This document shows, in pieces, positions 1 through 7,836 of a stretch of DNA of 21,993 bases. This stretch comes from a bacterium (GTDB lineage: Bacteria; Verrucomicrobiota; Verrucomicrobiia; Limisphaerales; UBA8199). The translations under genes were made by a program, and so were the position numbers. The DNA is taken from contig JAJYHY010000119.1 of the NCBI GenBank assembly GCA_021784555.1, positions 1-21,993 of the forward strand, read 5' to 3'. Numbering within the stretch: the stretch's first letter is position 1; each line of letters begins with the position of its first letter. Under the pieces are notes generated by a model, which worked only from the letters and a program-made list of their open reading frames with translations, had not been told where the DNA came from and ran no database searches.

Positions 1-94
1 CTTTTGCCGCCGCGCCTCCCGCAAGAGGTTGTCCGGTGTCAACACGGCCGGGCGGTGGTAGAGCTTGTCCCGCAACAGAGGAGGCAGCCGCATT

Positions 95-385
95 TCATTC
101 TCCTATGGGCCTTTTACGCCGCAGCCTCAGCCCATAATGCCAGGGCGGCAATGCCACCGGCGGCCCCTCGGCCTCGAGCAGCCCCGTCTGCGCCGCCCAC
201 TCGATAATCTGTTCGGGCCTTGGACGGATTCCCAACACAGGAATCGTGAATGTGCCGTAGCCGCAGCCCAATTCGACCACGTCCTTGAGGCCGGCATCTA
301 TTCTCAGGTGGTCCAGGACCCGCGGCACATCAAAGAGCGTCTCCCAGTAAGCCTCTTCGGGCATTCCGCTTTCACGCAGTTTCAC
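95..385 (-). CDS. Class I SAM-dependent methyltransferase-like fragment (motif I VVELGCGYGTF present); too short (96 aa), probably truncated or frameshifted
   Basis: Glycine-rich motif I (ELGCGYGT) near the N-terminus; no recognisable MTase motifs after it; 4-bp ATGA start/stop overlap with the upstream ORF; no other minus-strand frame continues the fold. Confidence 0.35.
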   Translation of the reverse strand: MKLRESGMPEEAYWETLFDVPRVLDHLRIDAGLKDVVELGCGYGTFTIPVLGIRPRPEQIIEWAAQTGLLEAEGPPVALPPWHYGLRLRRKRPIGE

Positions 386-684
386 GGTCTCGCTTTTAAT
401 CGCTTGGATTCGTTGCCGGCCTGAGACAAAGGCGTTTCAATGTCCCGTTGAAAGTCGGATTTCTCGCGAGCCCCAACGTAGGTTTTTAGAATCTTGCCGT
501 CGCGTCCGACGAGAAACGCCGTCGGAAGGGCTTGAATCCCTCCGTAGGCGGCGGCCACTTGGTCGGTTCCCATCATCACCGGGTAATTAACGCCAACTCG
601 CTGCACGAAGGTCTTCACCTCCGCTATGCTCGCTTCATCCAGCGCGATACCCAGCATCGTAAAGCCCTTCAACACCCGCCTCAT
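382..684 (-). CDS. Thioredoxin-fold protein resembling the C-terminal half of TlpA/ResA thiol-disulfide oxidoreductases, lacking the CXXC half
   Basis: Motifs FVQRVGVNYPV...AAAYGGIQALPTAFLVGRDGKI match the beta3-alpha3-beta4 region of TlpA-like redoxins; no WCxxC motif; ATGA overlap with the rhodanese stop suggests translational coupling. Confidence 0.5.
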   Translation of the reverse strand: MRRVLKGFTMLGIALDEASIAEVKTFVQRVGVNYPVMMGTDQVAAAYGGIQALPTAFLVGRDGKILKTYVGAREKSDFQRDIETPLSQAGNESKRLKARP

Positions 685-1223
685 TGTTGTTCAGCCCCTT
701 TCTCGATGGGAAAGCCTTTCGCGATCCAGTCCTGCCGGAAATTCCTGGGGACATACAACGCCTTGACACTTTTGAATCCCCACCCCTGTGTGGCCCGAAA
801 GGCCGCGCGAATGTTCGGGCACCTCTTCCACGGGCAGCAGCCGCAGTAGAGAACGATCTCCTTGTCTCGCGGAAGCGCCCGCACCGCCCGTTTCAGAGCC
901 TGGAGACCCTTGCGCCTTGACGCCGGTCCGGCGAATTTTGCCCCCACAATGTGGCCGCCCTGGTACAGCACGGGAAACCCCACGCAGACTACCAAGGGTT
1001 TATGGCCTGTCGCCGACGAAAGCAATTTGACAAGTCCTTCGGGGGCGATCAACTGGTTGGCCTGCCACGGGTCGGACGGAAGGATGGGAATTTGGCCGCT
1101 CTGTTTAGGCTGCCCGCTCCAGCACAATGATGCACTCCCTGCGAACACCAGCGCCGTTGCGACGGCTGTCATCCACCGCCGACGGTCAGAAGCCTTTGCC
1201 AGTTTGGGTAACCATTTATTCAT
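681..1223 (-). CDS. Rhodanese-like (sulfurtransferase) domain protein with N-terminal signal/TM segment
   Basis: Hydrophobic N-terminus (AVATALVFAGSA); rhodanese signature ...GHIVGA...EIVLYCGCC.W.R....AAF.A...GF..V..L (active-site Cys loop); 180 aa ORF. Confidence 0.7.
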   Translation of the reverse strand: MNKWLPKLAKASDRRRWMTAVATALVFAGSASLCWSGQPKQSGQIPILPSDPWQANQLIAPEGLVKLLSSATGHKPLVVCVGFPVLYQGGHIVGAKFAGPASRRKGLQALKRAVRALPRDKEIVLYCGCCPWKRCPNIRAAFRATQGWGFKSVKALYVPRNFRQDWIAKGFPIEKGAEQQ

Positions 1224-1539
1224 TTTGCCCTGTTCGTTTGGTTAATCTCATGTCTTGGCATCGAATGTAGCCTATTCTCTCACTGGCGGCCACCCCAACA
1301 AAAATACAACTCGATGAAGCGCCAACCAAATCACAAACAAGCGCCCAGGAAAACAGTCTGCGCCGCCCGGCGCAGACGATGCGGCTCGGTTTGCGAGATC
1401 AAGCGCGACCCAAGACCAAACAGCCAATGCCCCGAAGACGAGGCCGCAGCAACTTCTTCCGGTTCAACCGCCCGGCGCGGCCTCACGTTCCTTTCGACCA
1501 ATCCATTCACAAATCATTCTCTGTCACCACCCGAATCCG

Positions 1540-1711
1540 AAGAAGTGACACGAATTCCACAGTCAGGGTACTCAATGGCAACATTTCGCGGGACGGACGA
1601 TACTTCTTGTTCACATCAAATTGGGGCGCCTACCCGTTGAGCAGGCGGTATCCTGTCAGGAAGGATGTGTGCCTGATCGACTTGGCGACCGCAAACGCCG
1701 CTCGAGGATAG
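1540..1711 (+). pseudogene. Remnant of a PD40/TolB-like beta-propeller repeat protein
   Basis: Short segment ...ISRDGRYFLFTSNWGAYP...DVCLIDLATANA resembles PD40 repeats (SPDGRYLxFTSNRxG / DxYxIDLATG); no complete ORF around it. Confidence 0.25.
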
Positions 1712-1850
1712 GCTCTTGGGTGGGTGACATCCGACCCTGGACGCGCAGATCACTGCCGGCCATGCCTGGACACAGCGCCACCGTTCACTCACTCGCCGCG
1801 GAGAACGTCACCGCGCAGAGGTTTGGACCGAGCGACACTGCTCTTCAAAC

Positions 1851-2063
1851 TTAGCGCTTTCTGGGCGGCGGGCTTCGATTTTGCGCAAGCTCGCTGGATT
1901 TGCTCCAGCCGCCGCCGAGAGCCTTGTAAAGCGCGACTAGGCTCTCCGATATTGTGGTTTGGCTTTGGGCCAGTTGGTCTTGAGCTTGATAGAGCGAACG
2001 TTGGGCATCGAGGACATTGAGGAAATCGGTGAGGCCTTTGGCGTATTGTTCATCGGCAACCCC
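1851..2063 (-). pseudogene. C-terminal ~70 aa fragment of an outer-membrane efflux protein (TolC/OprM/NodT family); rest of gene missing
   Basis: VADEQYAKGLTDFLNVLDAQRSLYQAQDQLAQSQ...LVALYKALGGGW is the characteristic C-terminus of RND-efflux outer-membrane factors; in-frame sequence upstream of it is not OMF-like, and the ArsR-like paralog begins at 2120. Confidence 0.6.
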
Positions 2064-2119
2064 CAAGGCACCGTGCGTCTGCCGCCGCGCGCGACTCGGC
2101 GCAGTAACTCCATTACTTG

Positions 2120-2560
2120 ATGGCCCGTAGCCGCACCTGTCGCGCTTTGGCCAATCGCACCCGGCTCCGCCTGTTCGGATTGCTCGTGCATTAGCCAGAT
2201 CAAACCGTCAGCGCGCTGGCTCGACACTTGAACCTGACGGAGGCGATCGCCAGCCAATACCTTCGCACCTTGGAGGCGCGGGGATTGCTTGCCGTTCGGC
2301 GAACGGGTCGCTGGGTGAAATATCGCCCCGGCGAGGCGCGAGACTCCAACGTGGCAAATCTGGTCGCGGCGATGATTGACACTTTCCGTAGGGAAGCCAA
2401 TCCCGTCGAGACCATCTTCAAGGTGGCCACCGCGTTTACCACCGCGTTTACCCATCCGCGACGGATTGAACTCTTTCGCTTGTTGAACCAGCGACCATGC
2501 GGAAAGGCACAATTGCGCGCTGCGGCGCGCGCAGGCTCATGCGCCCGGCGATGGCATTGA
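2120..2560 (+). pseudogene. Decayed paralog of the tandem winged-HTH ArsR/SmtB-like regulator (copy 1); in-frame TAG at 2192-2194 and divergent C-terminus
   Basis: ATG at 2120 gives MARSRTCRALANRTRLRLFGLLVH*PDQTVSALARHLNLTEAIASQYLRTLEARGLLAVRRTGRWVKYRP...FTHPRRIELFRLLNQRP..., collinear with copy 2 at 9282-9839; TAG aligns with a Gln codon of copy 2. Confidence 0.55.
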
Positions 2561-2569
2561 CGGGGTGGT

Positions 2570-2905
2570 TCATGGTTTCCTGCCCTCAATGCGTTTGATC
2601 TCACGGTCAAAATCCGAGATGTATTCCGCGTCCTGCCTTTGGCGATAGAATTGCTCCGCCTTGCCCCGAAACGAGCCGCAGCAAATCAGCAGCGAATGGC
2701 CGGCGCCGACTTCATCATTCAATTGAGTCAACTGGCGCGCCAGCTCCGGGAGCTGGCCACCCTGAGCCTGAGGCGGATTGCCAGCCGGTTGCGTATGGTC
2801 AGTTGGACTTATCTGTCGAACCTGTTGGGGCGCCCGCAAAGGCGCCTGCCTCATGCCAAAACACACTGCCGCTGTTTCAATAGTGAACTGAACCGTGGCG
2901 ATCAC
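2570..2905 (-). CDS. Hypothetical protein (111 aa), convergent with the ArsR-like pseudogene
   Basis: ORF only; moderately protein-like composition (…LLICCGSFRGKAEQFYRQRQDAEYISDFDREIKRIEG); no recognised domain. Confidence 0.25.
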   Translation of the reverse strand: MIATVQFTIETAAVCFGMRQAPLRAPQQVRQISPTDHTQPAGNPPQAQGGQLPELARQLTQLNDEVGAGHSLLICCGSFRGKAEQFYRQRQDAEYISDFDREIKRIEGRKP

Positions 2906-2956
2906 GGAGAAGACCTATGTCCGGACGACGAGGACCGACTCCACCTATACTTTGAA

Positions 2957-2992
2957 GCTTCCGCGGGTTTCCCTGGGCTTCCGCGGGTTTCA
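2957..2992. repeat. 15-bp direct repeat GCTTCCGCGGGTTTC x2, 21-bp period
   Basis: Exact copies at 2957-2971 and 2978-2992. Confidence 0.6.
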
Positions 2993-3159
2993 GCAGCCTG
3001 CATTATGCGGCAGGGAACAGGGATCTGATCTCTCAGAGGAGGAGGGCGGCTGGAGGCAAGCATAGACGATTGCGAAAAGAATGCGGCGGATTACTGCGGA
3101 TAGCTGCGGGCCACCGCGGCTTACTGGGGATCTCAAGGGCAAAGGCGGGGAAGGGAAGG

Positions 3160-3460
3160 CAGGGAGCGGGAACCGATGTTCAGTTTCCGGGAACCGGCAG
3201 GAAACATTGGACAACCAACAATCAAAGTCCGACAGCCGACATGCACCGTGCGATGGTCAAGGGCAGTGGGAGGGACCTTTGGGGGGCTGGAGCCGTTACG
3301 TCGTTACAAACCGCAAGAACATTGGGTGATCTCGATGTCCAGGTCGTTACGAAAACCGTTACAAGGCGTAACAGAAGGCGTAACAGGCTGATCGGGAACC
3401 GGCCTTCCGCCGTGAAAGGGCTTACCTGGTACTGGCTACCGGTTCCGGGTGACAGCTTGA
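3160..3460. repeat. Cluster of short repeats in non-coding DNA: GGGAACCGG/CCGGTTCCC (4 copies), CGTTAC/GTAACG motifs (6+ copies), tandem AAGGCGTAACAG x2
   Basis: cgggaaccg ~3177, ccgggaaccggcagg ~3187, cgggaaccgg ~3392, ccggttccggg ~3439; ccgttacgtcgttac 3293-3307; gtcgttacg 3343; ccgttacaaggcgtaacagaaggcgtaacag 3355-3386. Confidence 0.5.
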
Positions 3461-4098
3461 ACTGGCGGTGGCCCACGCTCAGCGCGATTCTCCATGCGCG
3501 AATTCTCCGAAAGAGCTTGCAGGTCGAATCGCAACGGGTCGAGACCGGGTTGGTTCAGGTCAGCCTGATCACCGCGGCGAGATCAACCTTTCCTCGAGGT
3601 TCACCGTGCAAGCTCGCTGGCAAGGCACCCGCTTCATGGCAGGCGACGCTTTGGGCGGATTCAACCTGGCGGAGGCGGCCGCTTCCTCCGCCCGCTTTGA
3701 GACCGCCAAGGCGTGCCGCATCCCAGTCGGCAAAAGGCTCGCCATCGGCCGGCTCCGCTTGAGCAGAGGTCGCGAGGTGCAACTTGAATTGGAACAACGT
3801 GCAGTGAGGTGAGGTAGGTCGATTGGCTTCTGGCGCAATGCCTGGACGGTGGGCCAGGGACAGTGACAAAGGCGCAGTTTGACTCGTTCTTCAGGGCAAT
3901 CGCTTGCCAACCGGTTGGCCGCCGGCTAATGTTTAGTCACGGAAACAACCAGTGACGTTGCCGCCTTCGACCGTGGACTTCGTCCGCTCCTGCGCCTTAT
4001 TTTGCTCGGCAAGGCACAGGAGGTGCTGAGCTTTCGCCCTCCGGCGGCGCTGGAAGGTCGTATCGAGTATCTGGCAGAGAAGTCCACCGAAGGCCAAC

Positions 4099-4281
4099 TC
4101 ACTGCAACACCTGGCGGCCCGCCGCAGCCACCAAGCCATTAATCTCCTTGAGCGTGGCCTCATCCACCAGGCTGACGTTGTCGCGCAGGGGGCGGTGGTT
4201 GAATCGCTGGGCCGTCGCGCCCCAGGCGTCCGCCGACACCCCCAGCACGTTTTGCAGCGCGTCTTTTCGCTTTTTCCTCAA
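4099..4281 (-). CDS. Small hypothetical protein (60 aa), TTG start, divergent from the Uma2 gene
   Basis: ORF with plausible -35/-10 (TTGGGC-N16-TAATTT) upstream on the minus strand; no recognised domain. Confidence 0.3.
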   Translation of the reverse strand: MRKKRKDALQNVLGVSADAWGATAQRFNHRPLRDNVSLVDEATLKEINGLVAAAGRQVLQ

Positions 4282-4404
4282 TTTGGGAAAATTAGGCGAG
4301 GATCAGGGATGCCCAATGCTTATTGACAAATGACATTGCGCGGGACGTGGGCGGACCGCGGTCCTTAGCTTGCCGGCAAGGGCCTGCGCGGGTATTCTCC
4401 CTCT

Positions 4405-4962
4405 ATGGCATCCGTGCTTGAAACGGCGGGCTCAATCGACTTCGATGACCAGACGGCATTCAACCTGGCGGTGTGGGAGAAGGTGCTGGCCGATCCTTTT
4501 TTGGCCGGCGTACCTTATCGCGTCGAGACGGACCGCTACGGACAAATCGTCATGACACCCCCACCCGCCCCCGAACATGGAGAGGAACAATTTGGAATCG
4601 GCGAGCTCCTGCATCAACTCCTGCCCGGCGGTCATGTGATCACGGAGTGTCCCGTATCTACGCGCGAAGGGGTGAAGGGCGTGGACGTGGTCTGGATGTC
4701 GAAGGCGCGCCGTCAGGCACAAAGGAGGAAGAAATGCTTCACCAAGGCGCCGGAGATCTGCGTGGAGGTCATCTCCCCCGGCAATACACCGCGTGAATTG
4801 CGGGAGAAAAAGGCGCTTTATTTTGAGGCCGGAGCTAAGGAAGTCTGGTTCTGCCACGGTGATGGACGGATGGAGTTTTTCTTAAGGGCGGCTCCGAAGA
4901 AACCGGGGGTCTCCATCCTCTGTCCCCGTTTCCCGGAGCGGATTCAAATCGACCGGGCGTAG
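4405..4962 (+). CDS. Uma2-family (DUF820) putative restriction-endonuclease-like protein
   Basis: 185 aa; motifs ...VDVVW...KAPEICVEVISPGN...REL.EKKALYFEAGAKEVWF match the PD-(D/E)xK-like core of Uma2/DUF820 proteins. Confidence 0.8.
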   Translation: MASVLETAGSIDFDDQTAFNLAVWEKVLADPFLAGVPYRVETDRYGQIVMTPPPAPEHGEEQFGIGELLHQLLPGGHVITECPVSTREGVKGVDVVWMSKARRQAQRRKKCFTKAPEICVEVISPGNTPRELREKKALYFEAGAKEVWFCHGDGRMEFFLRAAPKKPGVSILCPRFPERIQIDRA

Positions 4963-5032
4963 CAGGGCTTGAGAGGAGTGCCTGGCTGCGGTTTCGCTGC
5001 CCCGCCTCTCTCTCAGCCACAATTTTTTGCCA

Positions 5033-5146
5033 CCATTTTTTTGCCGTAGTCCTTTTTGGGTCTGGTTTTGCCAAGTTAGGATTTCGGGTTTGCCAGGTCC
5101 GGGGGTACTGGCGGGTCCCGTGCGCCATTTTTGGCCGTGTCCTTCC
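5033..5146. repeat. Iteron-like array of TTTTGCC(A/G) direct repeats with A/T tracts upstream of the HTH gene
   Basis: ttttgcca 5036, ttttgccg 5050, ttttgcca 5077, gtttgcca 5098, ttttggccg 5138; spacings 14/27/21/40 bp (about multiples of 7). Confidence 0.45.
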
Positions 5147-5184
5147 TTCTTGCAAAGCGAGGCCCGCTCTTCCAAAGTGGCCCC

Positions 5185-5685
5185 ATGCAATCACACGAGA
5201 TCCTCCGGGAAGTCTTTCAGCAATGCAGCCCCAAGCAGGTGGCGGCCGAGATGGGCCTCTCCCTTTCGATGATCTATAAGTGGGCCGAGCCGCCTGACCC
5301 TCAGGCCGGCAGCGGCAGCACCAACCCGCTGGATCGCGTCGAGGCGCTCCTGCAATGCACCAACGACAAACGATTGGTGCAATGGATATGCGAGCGGGCG
5401 GGCGGCTTTTTCATCCTGAACCCGAAGATGAACCACGCCCACCCGGATTATCTCATCCCAGCCACAAACGAGATCGTGCAGGAGTTCGCCGATTTGCTGG
5501 CGGTGATTGCCAGCGCCGCGGCCGACAACCAGATCACGGAAAAAGAGGCCGAGCAAATCCGCCGCCGATGGGAGGAACTCAAATCGGTTACCGAGACTTT
5601 CGTTGCCTGTTCAGAACTGGGCAACTTCCGCGTCCTCAAAGAAAATCCCCCCGGCGTGAGCCGGGGAGCAACCCGCTCGGCATAG
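5185..5685 (+). CDS. Helix-turn-helix DNA-binding protein, phage CII/CP76-like regulator fold (hypothetical)
   Basis: MQSHEILREVFQQCSPKQVAAEMGLSLSMIYKWAEP is a classic HTH; ORF track start is 5131, but ATG at 5185 sits downstream of the repeat array. Confidence 0.55.
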   Translation: MQSHEILREVFQQCSPKQVAAEMGLSLSMIYKWAEPPDPQAGSGSTNPLDRVEALLQCTNDKRLVQWICERAGGFFILNPKMNHAHPDYLIPATNEIVQEFADLLAVIASAAADNQITEKEAEQIRRRWEELKSVTETFVACSELGNFRVLKENPPGVSRGATRSA

Positions 5686-5695
5686 GCCCAGGCGA

Positions 5696-6715
5696 TTAAG
5701 AACCCTGGCCGGCGTTGAGTTGTACCAGCCAAATATTGCGGTACCGCACTGGGTTGCCATGGTCCTGGAGCTGCAGCGGACCCGTGGCGGTGTTCTTCGG
5801 CTTCTTACCAGGTTCGTAGATGGCGGTCGCGCCCAGAATCGGGCTGTTGTCCTGAATCGTGATGCCATTGAACTTCACGGTGACGCGGGCCTTCTCCCGG
5901 ACCGAGCCGTCCGAGTTCATCCGCGGGGCGTGGAAGGTGATGTCGTAAGTCTGCCAATGCTCGGGAGGCAGGCTGGCGTTGACCAGCGGGCGCCTCTGGT
6001 TGTAGATGGCGCCGCAGTCGCCCATGGATGGCACCAAACCAAAGGAATCGAGCACCTGGATCTCATACATGCCGTTTAGAAACACACCGCTGTTAGCCCG
6101 TTCCTGGCCGAAACGATCCTCCCTCAGCGGCAACCAGAACTCCAGGTGCAACCGGATGTCGCCGAACCTTTGCTTGGTCGTGATCGAACCTTTACCGGGG
6201 ACACATTGCAGGCTGCCGTCGGGCAGGGGCTTCCACGGCCCGCCATTCCAGGCCGAGGTGTCGGGCGGCGTGCCGGGTGTAAAGGGCAGCAGCACCACGG
6301 CGCCGTCTGGCGGCGGGGCGCCTTCGGTGGGCGAAGTGCGCGTCGTTTTCCTCAACGTCAGGCTGACGCCGTAGTAGCCGGGGTCCGCCTGCAACCGGTC
6401 GCCGGAGATCGCGCCATGCCACATATTGGCGTTGGCCCGTCCGAACAGATTAACCCGCCTCCCTTGCCGCACGCCATAGATCACGAATTGCGCGGTTGGC
6501 TGGCCGGACACGAGCGGCTCAGCCTGGATTACCACGCGGTAATAGCCTGGCCCCTCCGGGATAACGTCGGCCGTAGCCTTGGTCGTATGCGACCTGTCGG
6601 CCTGGTAGGTGCCCTGATATTCGCCCATGAAAGGCTCCTGGGCGCGGACCGGTTCAAGCAGTGCCGTCAAACCGGCGGCAATGAATACGCACTTCAGCAG
6701 ATGTGACGTCATCAT
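5696..6715 (-). CDS. DUF1080 (PF06439, 3-keto-disaccharide hydrolase) domain protein with signal peptide
   Basis: N-terminal signal peptide; WKPLPDG...GDIRLHLEF...NSGVFLNGMYEIQVLDS...GAIYNQRRP...EHWQTYDITF...LQLQDHGNPVRYRNIWL matches the DUF1080 concanavalin-like fold signature. Confidence 0.85.
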   Translation of the reverse strand: MMTSHLLKCVFIAAGLTALLEPVRAQEPFMGEYQGTYQADRSHTTKATADVIPEGPGYYRVVIQAEPLVSGQPTAQFVIYGVRQGRRVNLFGRANANMWHGAISGDRLQADPGYYGVSLTLRKTTRTSPTEGAPPPDGAVVLLPFTPGTPPDTSAWNGGPWKPLPDGSLQCVPGKGSITTKQRFGDIRLHLEFWLPLREDRFGQERANSGVFLNGMYEIQVLDSFGLVPSMGDCGAIYNQRRPLVNASLPPEHWQTYDITFHAPRMNSDGSVREKARVTVKFNGITIQDNSPILGATAIYEPGKKPKNTATGPLQLQDHGNPVRYRNIWLVQLNAGQGS

Positions 6716-6938
6716 AGATATTCTTCTGTCTCAATTCTGTCTCAATGTTCCTGAAAACCCAAATTACGCCGGCCGGCCCTCCGGGCGCAAGGCAAGAACG
6801 CTTCCACTGTAGCAGCGCCTCGCTCAACCGCGGCGCTCTCACGAGACGCCGCTCCAGCCAGCGCGGAGCCACGGCCAGTGACAAGATCGTGGCGCCGATT
6901 ACCTGCATCCGGGCAACGGGTCCGTGCCTCCTCGATGC

Positions 6939-7736
6939 TCATGCACCCGTCCCAGAGGGGTTTCGGGGCTTGTGTGAGGTATGCTCGCTGAGATACTGAT
7001 TAAAGCTCTTGGCCAGGGTAACGAAGTCCGATGGCACCATCAGCACGGTCGTGCTGTTGTTTTCCGCCCCCACTTCGGTCACCATCTGCATGCGGCGCAA
7101 TTCCACCGCCACCGGGTTGTTGGCCATTTGCTCGGCGGCGTCTCCCAGCTTCTTGGATGCCTCCAGTTCCGCCTCAGCTTTGATGATGCGCGCCCGCTTT
7201 TCCCGAATGGCCTCCGCCTGCATGGCCATGACCTGTTGCATGGCCTCCGGCAACTCCACGTCCTTCATCTCGAAGCGCTCGACCACAATGCCCCAGGCGG
7301 TTGTGACGTCGGCGATGCTGCCCCGCAGCAGGTCGTTAATCTTGTCGCGCTCCTGCAACACCTCGTCCAGGTCATGCTGGCCGATGATGTTGCGCAGGCT
7401 GGTCAGCGCCAGTTGGTAAACCGCTGCCGCGGAGTCCTTCACGGCAATTATCGATTTGTCCGCTTGCGTGATGTGGTACCAGAGCACGGCATTGACGCGG
7501 ATTGTGACGCTGTCCCGCGTGATGGTCTCCTGCTGTTCGGCGGACACGGTGCGGGTGCGAATATCAATAGTTCTGGAGCGCTCCACGCCCAGGGGGATGA
7601 TCCAGTATAAGCCGGGGCCGCGCAGGCCGGCATAACGCCCCAACCGGAAGACAACGCCACGCTCATATTCCTGGGCGACGCGAAGGCCGGAGAGTAAAAC
7701 CACGACGACGATTCCAGAGATGACCAAGGTTAGCAT
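6939..7736 (-). CDS. SPFH/band-7 (stomatin/slipin-like) membrane protein
   Basis: N-terminal TM helix, then VVFRLGRY...GPGLYWIIP...R..IDIRTRT...ITRDSVTIRVNAVLWY and a coiled-coil C-terminal region typical of the SPFH domain. Confidence 0.9.
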   Translation of the reverse strand: MLTLVISGIVVVVLLSGLRVAQEYERGVVFRLGRYAGLRGPGLYWIIPLGVERSRTIDIRTRTVSAEQQETITRDSVTIRVNAVLWYHITQADKSIIAVKDSAAAVYQLALTSLRNIIGQHDLDEVLQERDKINDLLRGSIADVTTAWGIVVERFEMKDVELPEAMQQVMAMQAEAIREKRARIIKAEAELEASKKLGDAAEQMANNPVAVELRRMQMVTEVGAENNSTTVLMVPSDFVTLAKSFNQYLSEHTSHKPRNPSGTGA

Positions 7737-7836
7737 GGGCTATGCAGTATGCCAAAAAATTAACAGCGGAGCCGCGCCAAAAGCGCCGGCTCGGACCCAT
7801 GATGGCCCTCACATCGTTTTTCTCAACCAAAAAGCG

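Noticed and set aside
1-92. Possible minus-strand partial ORF (MRLPPLLRDKLYHRPAVLTPDNLLREARRQK...) running off the left edge
   Set aside because: Too short and featureless to call; it is antisense to an equally unconvincing + ORF (4-207).
2200-2610. Minus-strand ORFs 2200-2610 and 9092-9700, which resemble each other
   Set aside because: They are antisense mirrors of the two ArsR-like paralogs; their mutual similarity is only a consequence of the sense-strand paralogy.
3070-3910. ORFs 3070-3762 (+), 3468-3812 (+), 3555-3869 (-), 3569-3910 (-)
   Set aside because: Arg/Pro/Ala-rich, mutually overlapping, no domain signatures; the region is better explained as non-coding or decayed DNA.
6146-6706. 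186-aa + strand ORF
   Set aside because: Antisense to the DUF1080 gene.
6981-7610. 209-aa + strand ORF (and 7009-7419)
   Set aside because: Antisense to the SPFH/band-7 gene; His/Leu/Arg-rich nonsense composition.
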